A stretch of 64,000 nucleotides of DNA, from positions 20,556 through 84,555 of the forward strand of contig CBDCFT010000059.1 in the NCBI GenBank assembly GCA_965216365.1, in the 5' to 3' direction. How positions within the stretch are numbered: the first letter of the stretch is position 1; each line of letters starts with the position of its first letter. The translations under genes were made by a program, and so were the position numbers. This document shows, in pieces, positions 1-11,329 of the stretch. The notes under the pieces were generated by a model that was given only the letters and a program-made list of their open reading frames with translations, was not told the DNA's origin and made no database searches. The stretch comes from Arenicellales bacterium. Its GTDB lineage: Bacteria > Pseudomonadota > Gammaproteobacteria > Arenicellales > CBDCFT01.

Positions 1-465
<465 letters not shown>

Positions 466-559
466 ATCGAGAATAAATTACAAAATAGATTGATGAGACA
501 GTCGCGCATGACTACAATTCGCGACCTGAAATGACAGGTTTAAAATCGCAAGCATCCCC

Positions 560-592
560 AAGGAGAAATCCCACCGATTTCTCCTTTTTTTT
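560..592 (+). terminator. Rho-independent terminator downstream of dapB
   Basis: An 11-bp stem (AAGGAGAAATC / GATTTCTCCTT) with loop CCACC is followed by a T8 run. Confidence 0.7.
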
Positions 593-622
593 GACCGTTA
601 AATCCGGGAAGAACCTCGCTTA

Positions 623-1798
623 ATGGGTTCGGCTCTCGCAATATTGGTACTGGCAGACGGTACTGTTTTTCGCGGGCAATCTATCGGCGCTGCCGGACAA
701 ACTGTTGGCGAGGTTGTGTTCAATACTGCCATGACCGGCTACCAAGAAATTCTCACCGACCCGTCCTACGCCCGGCAACTCGTCACGTTGACCTATCCTC
801 ATATCGGTAATACCGGCGTTAACGAAGAGGACGTCGAATCGCGTGATGTATTCGCCGCAGGATTGATCACGCGTAATTACCCGAAACGGGTCAGTAACTG
901 GCGTGCGACGAAATCCTTAACTGAATACTTAAATGACAACAAGCGGGTTGCAATCAGCGATATCGATACGCGCATGTTGACGCGTTTGATTCGTTCCAAG
1001 GGCGCGCAAAGCGGTTGCATCATGGCCGGTGAAAATATCGATGTGGATTTCGCCCTAAGCGCCGCCAAGGCGTTTCCCGGTTTGCAAGGCATGGATCTGG
1101 CACGTGAGGTCAGTGTAAACGAGCCATATGATTGGGATGGCAGTGTCTGGAATCTGACAAAAGGATATGCATCATCGCCCCCAGCGCGTTTCAAGGTGGT
1201 CGCATACGATTTCGGCATCAAGCACAACATTTTGCGTTTGTTATCTCAACGCGGTTGTCATGTCACTGTCGTTCCCGCGCAAACTCCGAGTAACGAGGTG
1301 TTGAACATGCAACCTGACGGCGTATTTCTGTCCAACGGTCCCGGTGATCCGGAGCCATGCGATTACGCCATCCAGGCAATTCAGGAAATTATCGAAACAG
1401 GTATGCCGACGTTTGGTATTTGTTTGGGGCATCAACTGATGGCCCTGGCTTCGGGTGCAGACACCATGAAAATGAAATTCGGCCATCATGGTGCTAACCA
1501 TCCGGTAAAAAATCTCGACACCGGTGTCGTGTCTATCACCAGCCAGAATCATGGTTTCGCTGTTGATGAAAACAATGTCCCGGATAATCTGCGTGTTACC
1601 CATCGTTCGTTGTTTGATAACACCATCCAGGGTTTGGAACGGATAGACCGGTCCGCATTTTCGTTTCAGGGTCACCCGGAAGCCAGTCCCGGCCCGCATG
1701 ATATCGATGGATTGTTTGACCGCTTTATTGCATTGATGGAAAACCACAAAGGCATCACGCAGGAAATGACGGTTGGAACCGGGACTGTGCATGCCTAA
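623..1798 (+). CDS. carA: carbamoyl-phosphate synthase small (glutamine amidotransferase) subunit
   Basis: 391 aa. It has the N-terminal [30 protein letters not shown] motif and the GATase catalytic motif GICLGHQ. It overlaps the carB start by 8 nt. Confidence 0.95.
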   Translation: MGSALAILVLADGTVFRGQSIGAAGQTVGEVVFNTAMTGYQEILTDPSYARQLVTLTYPHIGNTGVNEEDVESRDVFAAGLITRNYPKRVSNWRATKSLTEYLNDNKRVAISDIDTRMLTRLIRSKGAQSGCIMAGENIDVDFALSAAKAFPGLQGMDLAREVSVNEPYDWDGSVWNLTKGYASSPPARFKVVAYDFGIKHNILRLLSQRGCHVTVVPAQTPSNEVLNMQPDGVFLSNGPGDPEPCDYAIQAIQEIIETGMPTFGICLGHQLMALASGADTMKMKFGHHGANHPVKNLDTGVVSITSQNHGFAVDENNVPDNLRVTHRSLFDNTIQGLERIDRSAFSFQGHPEASPGPHDIDGLFDRFIALMENHKGITQEMTVGTGTVHA

Positions 1799-4700
1799 AC
1801 GCACCGATATCGACAGCGTATTGATCATAGGCGCGGGTCCGATTGTTATCGGTCAGGCCTGCGAATTCGACTATTCGGGTGTGCAGGCTTGCAAGGCTTT
1901 GCGCGATGAAGGCTACCGCGTCATTTTGGTGAACTCGAATCCTGCCACCATTATGACTGACCCGGAGTTTGCCGACGCGACTTATGTCGAACCGATTCGC
2001 TGGCAGGTGCTGGAAAAGATCATCGAAAAAGAACGGCCTTGTGCACTATTACCGACCATGGGTGGGCAAACCGGGTTGAACTGCGCGCTCGATCTTGCGC
2101 GTGAAGGCGTATTGGAAAAGTATAACGTGCAAATGATCGGCGCCACCCGCGATGCGATCGACAAAGCGGAGGATCGGGAACGATTCAAAAACGCTATGGA
2201 AACCATCGGCCTTGAAACCGCGCGCGGCGCGTTGGCCCACAGCATGGAAGACGCTTATGCCGTGCTGAATGACATCGGTTTTCCCGCCATTATTCGTCCG
2301 TCATTTACGCTTGGTGGCAGCGGTGGCGGTATCGCTTACAATCGCGAAGAGTACACCGATATTTGTCAGCGCGGTCTGGATGCTTCGCCCACGCGCGAAT
2401 TATTAATCGAAGAGTGCATGCTGGGTTGGAAGGAATACGAAATGGAAGTGGTGCGCGACGGTGCGGATAATTGCATTATCGTTTGTTCCATTGAGAATTT
2501 TGACCCAATGGGTGTGCACACCGGTGACTCCATCACGGTCGCGCCGGCGCAAACGCTGACGGATAAAGAATACCAACTCATGCGTGATGCCAGCATCGCT
2601 ATCCTGCGCGAAATCGGTGTGGACACCGGTGGCTCCAATGTGCAATTCGCGGTCAATCCAAAGAACGGGCGCATGGTGGTGATTGAAATGAATCCGCGGG
2701 TGTCACGTTCCTCGGCGCTGGCTTCAAAGGCGACAGGATTTCCCATCGCGAAAGTCGCGGCCAAGCTTGCTGTGGGGTTTACTCTGGATGAGTTGCAAAA
2801 CGACATTACAGGTGGCGCGACACCAGCGTCGTTCGAGCCAACCATCGACTATGTTGTTACCAAGATTCCGCGATTTGATTTTGAAAAATTTCAACAGGCC
2901 GATGCCGTATTGACCACGCAAATGAAATCCGTGGGCGAAGTCATGGCCATTGCCCGGACTTTTCAGGAGTCACTGCAAAAAGCTATTCGAGGTCTCGAAA
3001 TTGGTTCGCACGGATTTGATACGTGCGTTGATGCGAGTCTGAGTGCTGGCGAACTAGAAGAGTTGCTGTCACGCAAACTGCGTGTGCCGGGTGCGGAACG
3101 CCTGTGGTATGTCGCCGATGCGTTTCGTCATGACATGGGCATTGAAAAAGTCGAGCAGCTCACCGGTATCGATTCGTGGTTTCTGGCTGATATTGAGGAC
3201 ATCGTTAGCACCGAGCGCGAAATTGTCGAGTGCGATTTACAAAACGCCGATAAAGATCAGTTCCTGCTATGGAAACGGCAGGGATTTTCAGACGCACGTA
3301 TCGCGTACCTGATGAATTGCAGCGAAGCGCAGGTGCGCGCGCGACGCCATGAGTTGCAGGTGCGACCGGTTTATAAACGCGTTGATTCCTGTGCCGCGGA
3401 GTTTGCGACACCGACTGCTTATATGTACAGCACCTACGAGCACGAGTGCGAATCCGAACCGCAACAGGCTAAGAAAATTGTCGTTCTCGGCGGCGGACCG
3501 AATCGTATTGGCCAGGGTATCGAGTTTGACTACTGTTGCGTTCATGCCTCCATGGCATTGCGTGAAGACGGTTATCAAACCATTATGGTTAACTGCAATC
3601 CGGAAACCGTATCGACCGACTACGATACGTCGGATCGCTTGTACTTCGAGCCATTGACTCTGGAAGATGTGCTGGAAGTGATGCATGTGGAACAACCGGA
3701 CGGGGTAATCGTGCAATACGGCGGGCAAACGCCGTTAAAACTCGCGCGCGGATTGGAGACGGCTGGCGTTGCGGTGATCGGCACATCGCCGACATCTATT
3801 CATCAGGCGGAAGATCGTGAACACTTTCAAAAATTATTACACGAGTTAAATCTCAGACAACCGGCCAATCGTCTTGCATCAACTCCTGAACAGGCGCTGG
3901 AACTTGCAGAGGAAATTGGTTATCCACTGGTAGTGCGTCCGTCTTATGTTCTCGGTGGGCGCGCAATGGAGGTAGTGCACGGTGGCGACGATCTGGAGAA
4001 TTACATGCGCCGTGCGATTCATGTATCGAACGAATCGCCGGTACTGCTGGATCGATTTTTTAAACGACGCGATTGAGGTTGACGTTGATGCCGTATGTGA
4101 CGGTCAGGATGTTGTCATCGGTGGCATCATGGAGCATATTGAAGAAGCCGGAGTGCATTCAGGCGATTCCGCCTGTTCGATTCCGCCGTTTAGTTTGCCG
4201 CAATCCATACAGGACGAATTACGCGAGCAGACACGCAAGATGGCACTGGCGCTGAATGTCGTTGGGCTAATGAATGTGCAGTTCGCGGTGAAAGGTGACG
4301 ACATTTTTGTGCTGGAAGTTAACCCCCGCGCATCGCGCACCGTTCCGTTTGTGTCCAAGGCGACCTCGCGGCCGTACGCCAAGGTCGCCGCCCGCTGTAT
4401 GGCCGGTAAAACACTGAAAGAGCAGGGCGTGTTGAATGAGATCGTGCCGGATTACTATTCGGTCAAAGAAGCCGTGTTTCCGTTTATAAAGTTCCCCGGC
4501 GTTGATACTGTGCTTGGCCCGGAAATGAAAAGTACCGGGGAAGTCATGGGTATTGGCGCGAATTTTGGTGATGCATTTGGCAAGGCACAGCAGGCGGCCA
4601 GTGCCGATATTCCGCGTTCCGGCGCGGTATTTGTCAGCGTAAAGCCAAACGACCAGAAGAATGTGGTGGATATCGCGCGTTACCTGGCGGAAAATGGTTT

Positions 4701-5016
4701 TGATTTGGTGGCAACCCACGGAACATCGGATAATTTGCGTGCTGCCGGACTGGAGACAAAATCCATAAACAAGGTTGTAGAAGGCCGCCCACATATCGTG
4801 GATATGATCAAGAACGACGAAATCGACTTAATAATAAATACGACGGCGGGCAAGCAAAGTCTGGCAGATTCGTATACGATTAGGCGTGAAGCTTTGAATC
4901 ATAAAATAACTTATTTCACGACACTGGCGGGTGCGCGCGCAGCGTGTGAGGCGCATCGTAACGCCGGCGAGGTAGGAGTAAACCGGTTACAACATTTGCA
5001 TGAGCAACTGAATTGA
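1791..5016 (+). CDS. carB: carbamoyl-phosphate synthase large subunit [reading frame broken once in this sequence: +1 shift in the T6 run at 4056-4061]
   Basis: ORFs 1791..4076 and 3982..5016 together give about 1074 aa of continuous CarB homology. The break falls between ..SPVLLDRF and [15 protein letters not shown]... Removing one T from the T6 run restores the frame. Confidence 0.9.
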
Positions 5017-5511
5017 ATGGACAGGGTGTTGTTGACAATAAAAGGAGCGGAAAAGCTCCGGGCGGAACTCAAGCGTCTGAAAAGCACAGATCGCCCAAAG
5101 GTGATTGCCGCCATAGAGGAAGCGCGCTCACACGGTGATCTTTCCGAGAACGCCGAGTACGATGCGGCGCGTGATCAACAGGGATTTATCGAAGGCCGTA
5201 TAGCAGAACTCGAATCGCAGCTCTCCCTGGCGGAAGTCATTGACCCGGCAACGCTGAACGGCGACGGCAAAATAATTTTTGGTTCAACCGTCAAATTGTT
5301 TGACGAAGAACAGGACAGTGAAGTGTGTTATCAAATCGTCGGCGACCTCGAAGCCGATATCGCTCAAGGACAGATCTCCCTCGGCTCACCCATCGCCCGC
5401 GCTCTCATCGGTAAATTCGAAGGCGACGAAGTCGAAGTCGAAACCCCTGGTGGATTGCGTCACTACGAAGTATTGAGCGTTAGCTACCAGATAGTAAGGA
5501 ATGCGATATAA
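5017..5511 (+). CDS. greA: transcription elongation factor GreA
   Basis: 164 aa with LTIKGAEKLRAELKRLKS..HGDLSENAEYDAARDQQGFIEGRI. The ATG directly abuts the carB stop codon. Confidence 0.95.
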   Translation: MDRVLLTIKGAEKLRAELKRLKSTDRPKVIAAIEEARSHGDLSENAEYDAARDQQGFIEGRIAELESQLSLAEVIDPATLNGDGKIIFGSTVKLFDEEQDSEVCYQIVGDLEADIAQGQISLGSPIARALIGKFEGDEVEVETPGGLRHYEVLSVSYQIVRNAI

Positions 5512-5890
5512 AGTATATTTCTCGTTATTTGTTATTTCAGCAAACCGGAGTCGCTAATGACCGTTTTTTTCCCAGTAGTTTCTCCAGCCTTGTATTTGTC
5601 TTATTCCGAATTCTCCACTTCGTGTTATATGGAGCATTGAATTACATGCATCTGTATCGAGAGACAAATGATTTCCTCGCGATGTGTTTTAGGAAATTCG
5701 AAATGCAAGTACCTGCTCCTGTACTAAATAATTCCCACGACTAGACCGACTTTGCGCTATCAAAAAGGATGTTTGGAAATCGCGATCATTCAGATTGTGG
5801 CTCGATATATTAGCGGATTGAACTGCCTCTCTGGTTCGTATTGATCGACAGGGTTGACACAAGAAGTAGGCGTAATATTTAGGACTTTAG

Positions 5891-6437
5891 ATGAATTTCG
5901 GGAGGATATTCGTTTTTTTGGCTCTACCGATAACAAATAGTTCAAAGTGCACAGAATTACATAAAAAGTATTTGAGGAATTTTTTTCAGGAAGAATTTGA
6001 TAAACCAGAAAATCCTTTTCTTTCAAGTCAAAAAAGAGACACAGTATCCAGAAAAAGTATTAGGTCTGCCATAGCGAATTCTGGTGTGGATGGGCTAAAT
6101 CCAAATGATAGTGCAGAACTATCTAGAACCATTGGTCAATCATTCGGCGGATACGTTCACCCTGCTTCGGGGCATATCTGTGAGACGATGAAGGGGACGC
6201 CAACCGACGTATTCTGTTAAAGGGATGTCTGGTACGCAAAGGCAATATGAGTTTTTGTCTAACTAGCAGGATTATGCTTACAAAGGATTGTTTCTAACTA
6301 AACTAACTGTTATCGTCTTGCAGGAAGCGGAAACAGAACAGGGCTACACACAGTTTATTGATTACTTTGAACAAGTTGCAGGTCTTGAGAAGCCTGAAGA
6401 TCCAGAGAAACTTCTGAAAAAAATTAAACGGGGCTAG
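5891..6437 (+). pseudogene. fragments of a decayed ORF of unknown function
   Basis: Coding-like segments sit in three frames, separated by stops: ..GQSFGGYVHPASGHICETMKGTPTDVF / KGMSGTQRQYEF / ..LQEAETEQGYTQFIDYFEQVAGLEKPEDPEKLLKKIKRG. The context is AT-rich and I recognise no family. Confidence 0.3.
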
Positions 6438-6461
6438 CAGGCGCAGACTGAACGGAGTGAA

Positions 6462-6632
6462 ATGGAATCCGGGACAAAACTTGTAGTGAACTATCGTCGA
6501 AATATAATCGTTGGCGGGACGTTTTATTTGTCGGTAACCTGCAAAACCGTCCATCCGGGTTGTTTGACGAATGGAACGCAGAAGATGTTCCTTCTGTCTG
6601 TAAGACTGAAGGATAAGAGGCGTAAAGAATAA
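6462..6632 (+). pseudogene. N-terminal remnant of a REP-associated tyrosine transposase (RAYT / IS200-like TnpA_REP)
   Basis: A 56-codon ORF reads MESGTKLVVNYRRNIIVGGTFYLSVT...LTNGTQKMFLLSVRLKDKRRKE. The YRRxxxxGGTxFxT/SV motif resembles the N-terminus of E. coli RayT/YafM (YRRYYIKGGTWFFTVNL). The HUH and catalytic Tyr regions are absent. Confidence 0.4.
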
Positions 6633-6811
6633 CTCCGCCTTACCTTGTTCCTTTCCAGTCGGTGCAGCTGGAATCAATGTCAGGCCCCGGACGTACTTAC
6701 AGCACACTCGATTACTCTTGATGGGGTAAGATTAGTAATCCGCTATTAAGTTTAATTGCTTCAGGTTTTATGTTCCAAGACCCAGTTTATTGATGGAAAT
6801 TCGATAAAGCC

Positions 6812-8908
6812 GTGTGCTTACTCGTGCGAACTCTGCTTGATTTATTGGTGCTGCTTGCGCTGGCGCTTGTTTTGGCCGTAGTGCTAACGGGCGGTTTTGA
6901 ACTGGAATTCAATGAACTTAGCATTTCCGCTACGGGTTTAGACAAGCCACTCGTATATTTTTTTGTTTTGTTATCCGTGCGCTATTTGTTTTTCGAGGTC
7001 CCTGGAAACTTTAGCCTGACGGCGAGTAACGACTGGTTGCGACACCACGGTGTTCGTGGATTCATTTTTTTAGTGTTGACCGTAGTGGTGGTCAAATCTT
7101 TCGTTTCCATCATTGTTCTGTTTTATTTCAACCAGGCTCTCGATGGGAAAGATTTAATTTTCACGTACGCGCCGGATCTGGCTCTGTGTCTTGCGATTTC
7201 ACTCAGTCTTTTTGTGATCACTTTATCGGATAACGGAAAACTTAATAACAGTCTAGTAGGACGTGTTCGGGTGCTGGTCTATTGTTTTGTGGGTGTTGGA
7301 ACCGTATTAGTTTCAATTTATTACGTGCTGTCGGGTTATGTATATTTTTTCTGGGGTTCGTTTTTGGAGCCTCACCATTTTCAGGCGATGAAAATGGCGC
7401 GTGTCGGTGACGAATTTCTGGATTTGTTTTTTCGCGTTCAGACACTCGTTGCATTTTGTGTGATGGGCGTGCTTTACCTGTTTGCAAAGCGTATTCAAAA
7501 GATGATTAGCGAGCCGGCAAAACGCGTGTCCTGGTCGATGGCGCTGGTTTCCCTGTGTTTAGTTCCGTTCGCTTTGGTTGCTCATCAACCCGTCAATCGA
7601 CCTGCTGATTTTTCACCATCCGTGGCGTCGCCGCTATGGCTGTTGCAGCAACCCGTGGCCAAAAATCAAAATGGTGTTGACGACTTTGATTTAATAAAGG
7701 ACATCGATACTTCTAAGTTCGTTGCACAAAAGACCGGCGAAATTCCATTGAAGTATAAAAGCCTCAAGGGTGCTGCGAAAGGTAAGAACCTCGTGTTTTT
7801 TGTCATGGAGTCGGTGCGCCGCCGCAATCTTGGGTTGTACGGCTACAGTCGTGAGCCGATGCCGGAACTCACCCGGTTGGCAGAGAATTCGCTGGTATTT
7901 CAGAATGCCTACGTGATGCAACCGAGAAGCAGTAAGGCCATGGCGGCCCTGACGTTGGGTATCATGCCTGACCCGAGGTTAATACCTATTTCGTGGGAGC
8001 CTCGTCGCATCGACGGGCACGACACGTTTTTCACCCGGGTGTTGAAGCAGGAAAGGCGATTTTATCAAGGTACAGCGCAACCCTATGGCGGGGACCGGTT
8101 GCAGGACTTCTTTCTTGCGGCTACTCACTATGTGGATCAACCCGTGGTTTCGCTGGAGACACTGCAGGAGGACAAGTCGCTGTCAAACGATGATCGTGGG
8201 CTTGTGCAAAGCTTTCTGCGCTGGGTGAATGAATCGAATCAGCCGTTTGTTGGCCTGCTGTGGACGGAATGCGCGCACATGCCCTATGACGCGCAAGTAA
8301 AACCCTTCGGTGAGAAAAATTTGGTAGACAAGTACGATAATTGTCTGCGTCAAGTGGATGATGCATTGGCATCGTTAGTTGAGGGGTTGGTGAGTGCGGG
8401 CAAGCTGGATGACACCCTGTTGGTGATATTCGGCGATCACGGTGAAGCCCTAGGCGAGAATTTCGATCGCGGCCATGGCAGTTACCTGTATGAACACTCC
8501 ATGCGAATTCCATTCATTATTCACAATCGCGAAATAATCAAAGAAAGAACTGATGTAACTGGGCGTTTTCAACTAAAAGATGTTCCCACAACACTCCTTT
8601 ACCTTATGGGGCTGCCTGACGATATCAATCAGTCAGTAAATATATTCTCAAAAAGCGCACGCGATAAACTTTTCATGAGTAATGTTTACCAGGATTTTAA
8701 ACTGGGGATACTGTTTGAGCGCACAAAATTTGTTTACCGCCCAAGGTACGATTTGACGTATGTCTATGATCTCGACGCAGATCCGCAAGAGCGGATAAAT
8801 ATAAGTAGTCAGTTCAGCAAGATGCAGTTGGCGGCATTAAAGCAAGACGCGCTGACGTGGTATAAGTTTCAAAAATCATACGTGGATAACAACTACCCGC
8901 GTCGATAA
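6812..8908 (+). CDS. membrane-anchored sulfatase-fold (LtaS/OpgB/EptA-like alkaline-phosphatase superfamily) transferase/hydrolase
   Basis: 698 aa with a GTG start. The N-terminal ~260 aa is polytopic and hydrophobic. The C-terminal domain has VFFVMESVRRRNLGLYGY and FGDHGEALGE motifs typical of the sulfatase/LtaS family. Confidence 0.8.
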   Translation: MCLLVRTLLDLLVLLALALVLAVVLTGGFELEFNELSISATGLDKPLVYFFVLLSVRYLFFEVPGNFSLTASNDWLRHHGVRGFIFLVLTVVVVKSFVSIIVLFYFNQALDGKDLIFTYAPDLALCLAISLSLFVITLSDNGKLNNSLVGRVRVLVYCFVGVGTVLVSIYYVLSGYVYFFWGSFLEPHHFQAMKMARVGDEFLDLFFRVQTLVAFCVMGVLYLFAKRIQKMISEPAKRVSWSMALVSLCLVPFALVAHQPVNRPADFSPSVASPLWLLQQPVAKNQNGVDDFDLIKDIDTSKFVAQKTGEIPLKYKSLKGAAKGKNLVFFVMESVRRRNLGLYGYSREPMPELTRLAENSLVFQNAYVMQPRSSKAMAALTLGIMPDPRLIPISWEPRRIDGHDTFFTRVLKQERRFYQGTAQPYGGDRLQDFFLAATHYVDQPVVSLETLQEDKSLSNDDRGLVQSFLRWVNESNQPFVGLLWTECAHMPYDAQVKPFGEKNLVDKYDNCLRQVDDALASLVEGLVSAGKLDDTLLVIFGDHGEALGENFDRGHGSYLYEHSMRIPFIIHNREIIKERTDVTGRFQLKDVPTTLLYLMGLPDDINQSVNIFSKSARDKLFMSNVYQDFKLGILFERTKFVYRPRYDLTYVYDLDADPQERINISSQFSKMQLAALKQDALTWYKFQKSYVDNNYPRR

Positions 8909-8910
8909 TC

Positions 8911-9684
8911 TCAGTCCAGGGAGCGTCTGTCGATGTTGTAGTGAACCTGGTTACAACTACCGTCACCGTAAGTCCGTTCGGTCAATTCAATTTTTCCGCT
9001 TTCGTCGGCAAGAATGACTGTTGAGCAGCGCGTGCCGTAGTCTGGTGTTTCGATAAAAATCGGCGACAAATAGCGCTCCAGTTCGATTTCTATACCGGTG
9101 TCGGGCAAGTGTTCGTCGGGTGCTTTGGTTTTATCCGATAAGAGTTCCAACAACGCCTGGGTCAAATCGTTGTTTTCCGAATTGACGATGTTCTCGAACC
9201 GTTGCTTGCCATTGACGGCTTTTGGCCAGGGCGTATCGAGTAAGTGGTTGCTCAGTGCAAAAACACCTTCGTCCAACAGAACCGGGCTGGTATCCGAGCG
9301 GTTCGAGTAAAAATATATCCGCTCCAGATTGCCGGCTAACAATGAAAATCCGTTGTATTTCGATCGATCTGCGTCAAGACCGTACAGATAATTCTCAATT
9401 GTCACGTCGCTGATTAACCAGTTTGTGACGATGTTGCCGCGCGACTCGCGTTTAGGATCATGCGAACCCGGATTGCGAAAATTGGTTAATGCCGAGATCC
9501 GGCCTGAACGGTTGATACCCAGCCAGGTTCCGCCAGCTTCCAGGTCGCGACCCGCGAGAATCTCAGGGTGTTCCTGCCAAAAACCTGCTTCTTTAGCCGG
9601 TCTCCCATAGAATTCGTCGCGATTGGCCGCTAGGATGAATGGAAAATCCGGGTGTGCCTTTAATCCGAGAAGAATGAAACACAT
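8911..9684 (-). CDS. NRDE-family (TANGO2/DUF833-like) protein
   Basis: It starts MCFILLG..FILAANRDEFYGRP, with the conserved Cys2 and the NRDE motif. I prefer the ATG at 9684 over the upstream TTG at 9690. Confidence 0.8.
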   Translation of the reverse strand: MCFILLGLKAHPDFPFILAANRDEFYGRPAKEAGFWQEHPEILAGRDLEAGGTWLGINRSGRISALTNFRNPGSHDPKRESRGNIVTNWLISDVTIENYLYGLDADRSKYNGFSLLAGNLERIYFYSNRSDTSPVLLDEGVFALSNHLLDTPWPKAVNGKQRFENIVNSENNDLTQALLELLSDKTKAPDEHLPDTGIEIELERYLSPIFIETPDYGTRCSTVILADESGKIELTERTYGDGSCNQVHYNIDRRSLD

Positions 9685-9726
9685 TTGCAATTTAATAGAT
9701 AACTACAGCTGGTTACTTAATCCTAC

Positions 9727-10962
9727 ATGAAACGCAGAACGATGTTGTCGATTTTAGGTGGCGGTGTAGTTGCCACTTGGGCGGGCAGCCGTTATGCATT
9801 TGAGCATGGGATATGGAATCCATGCTTGGGTGAGAGTCTTCCGTCGCATCTGGCCAATCACGCATTGGTTCAGGCGGCATGGCAAGACATCGACCCAACC
9901 CAGGTTTGGGATTGCCATGCGCACGTCGCGGGAACCGGCGATAGCGGCGGCGGTATCGTAGTAAACCCCGACATGTACAAACTCTCGCATCCCATCGCGT
10001 TTTTAAAGCGCAAGTTCTATCTCAATGCCGGTTGTGTCGATGAAAACGGCGAGGTGGATGTGGGTTTTGTTAATCGAATGCTGCATTTACATGCAAATTT
10101 TCCCACAGGGGTTAAGTTTGGATTGCTGGCATTGGATTATTACCACGATGAAAACGGTCAGATTGTTAAAGAAAACAGTTTTTTTCATGTGCCCAACGCG
10201 TATGTGCAAAGCCTGGCTGAACGATACTCCGAATCATTTGAATGGATTGCATCGATTCATCCATATCGTGAGGATGCATTGGATGAATTGGACGATGTTC
10301 ATGCTGCAGGTGCGCGCGCGATAAAGTGGTTACCTCCCGCACAGGGCATCGATCCGTCCTCGTCGCAATGCGATGCCTTTTATCAACGCCTGGCAGCGCT
10401 CAATATGCCTCTGCTAACGCATACCGGCGCCGAACACGCGGTCAGTGTTCCCGGTGGGCATGAATACGGCAATCCGTTGTTATTGCGACGGGCGCTTGAT
10501 CATGGAGTTCGTGTTATTGCCGCGCACTGTGCAACTATTGGCGAAAACATCGACAGCGATCAAGGCGAAAACGGACCGCATGTCAGCAGTTTCAGTTTAT
10601 TTATACGTCTGATGCAGGATGAAAAATATGACAGCTTACTGTTTGGCGAGATGTCGGCGATAATGCAACGCAACCGCCACCCGGACGTGGTACGAGTACT
10701 ATTGGAAAAACAGGAATGGCACGACCGCTTGCTTAACGGTTCGGATTATCCGTTACCGGCGGTGATGGCGATTTTTTCGATCCGGCGTTTTGTCAAAGCC
10801 GGATTGTTAGCGGAAAATGCAGTCGAACCGCTGATGGAATTGCATCAGCATAATCCACTGTTATTCGAATTTGTTCTGAAACGCAGTGTGAATATCGATG
10901 GTCGGGGATTTTCGCCCCAGGTGTTTCACACACGCCGTGTGCTGGATAGCCAGAGCGGATAA
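9727..10962 (+). CDS. amidohydrolase-fold metal-dependent hydrolase with a Tat-like signal peptide
   Basis: 411 aa. The N-terminus MKRRTMLSILGGGVVATWAGS looks like a twin-arginine signal. It has the HxH motif (DCHAHV), later THTG/AAHC motifs and a terminal Asp motif (NGSDYP). Confidence 0.75.
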   Translation: MKRRTMLSILGGGVVATWAGSRYAFEHGIWNPCLGESLPSHLANHALVQAAWQDIDPTQVWDCHAHVAGTGDSGGGIVVNPDMYKLSHPIAFLKRKFYLNAGCVDENGEVDVGFVNRMLHLHANFPTGVKFGLLALDYYHDENGQIVKENSFFHVPNAYVQSLAERYSESFEWIASIHPYREDALDELDDVHAAGARAIKWLPPAQGIDPSSSQCDAFYQRLAALNMPLLTHTGAEHAVSVPGGHEYGNPLLLRRALDHGVRVIAAHCATIGENIDSDQGENGPHVSSFSLFIRLMQDEKYDSLLFGEMSAIMQRNRHPDVVRVLLEKQEWHDRLLNGSDYPLPAVMAIFSIRRFVKAGLLAENAVEPLMELHQHNPLLFEFVLKRSVNIDGRGFSPQVFHTRRVLDSQSG

Positions 10963-10963
10963 A

Positions 10964-11254
10964 TCAGGGAAGCGCTATTTTGGGTTCTTGCGCCGGACGA
11001 TAAATGGACACGGTACGCCCGATTTGCTGAATAACGGTGGCGTCGGTTTGCTGGCAAATATTGTGCGCGGTCTTTTTACGCGCAGATTTATCATCATCCG
11101 ACAACTTTATTTTGATGAGTTCATGGTGACTCAACGCAATTTCGATTTCCGCCAATACGACTTTGGTCAATCCGGCTTGTCCGATACTGACAACGACCTG
11201 GCGGTGATGGGCCAATGAGCGTAAATAACGTTTTTGTTTGCCGGTTAATTCCAT
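10964..11254 (-). CDS. yhbY: RNA-binding CRM-domain protein YhbY
   Basis: MELTGKQKRYLRSLAH..GLTKVVLAEIEIALSHHELIKIKL matches YhbY. It is divergent from rlmE, as in E. coli. Confidence 0.9.
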   Translation of the reverse strand: MELTGKQKRYLRSLAHHRQVVVSIGQAGLTKVVLAEIEIALSHHELIKIKLSDDDKSARKKTAHNICQQTDATVIQQIGRTVSIYRPAQEPKIALP

Positions 11255-11329
11255 TGCATACACTTTGCGTATTGAAATTTAATATTCCAAGCATAGTAGC
11301 AAACTATCGATGTTCTTATTCAGGCGGCG

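Noticed and set aside
560-622. The terminator 30 nt upstream of carA as a pyrimidine-responsive attenuator.
   Set aside because: There is no leader peptide, no alternative antiterminator pairing and no PyrR-type box. It is adequately explained as the dapB terminator.
4056-4061. Programmed +1 ribosomal frameshifting, prfB-like, as the explanation for the frame breaks.
   Set aside because: The six sites share no common motif. None has an in-frame stop at the shift codon together with an upstream Shine-Dalgarno-like stimulator. None of these genes is known to use recoding.
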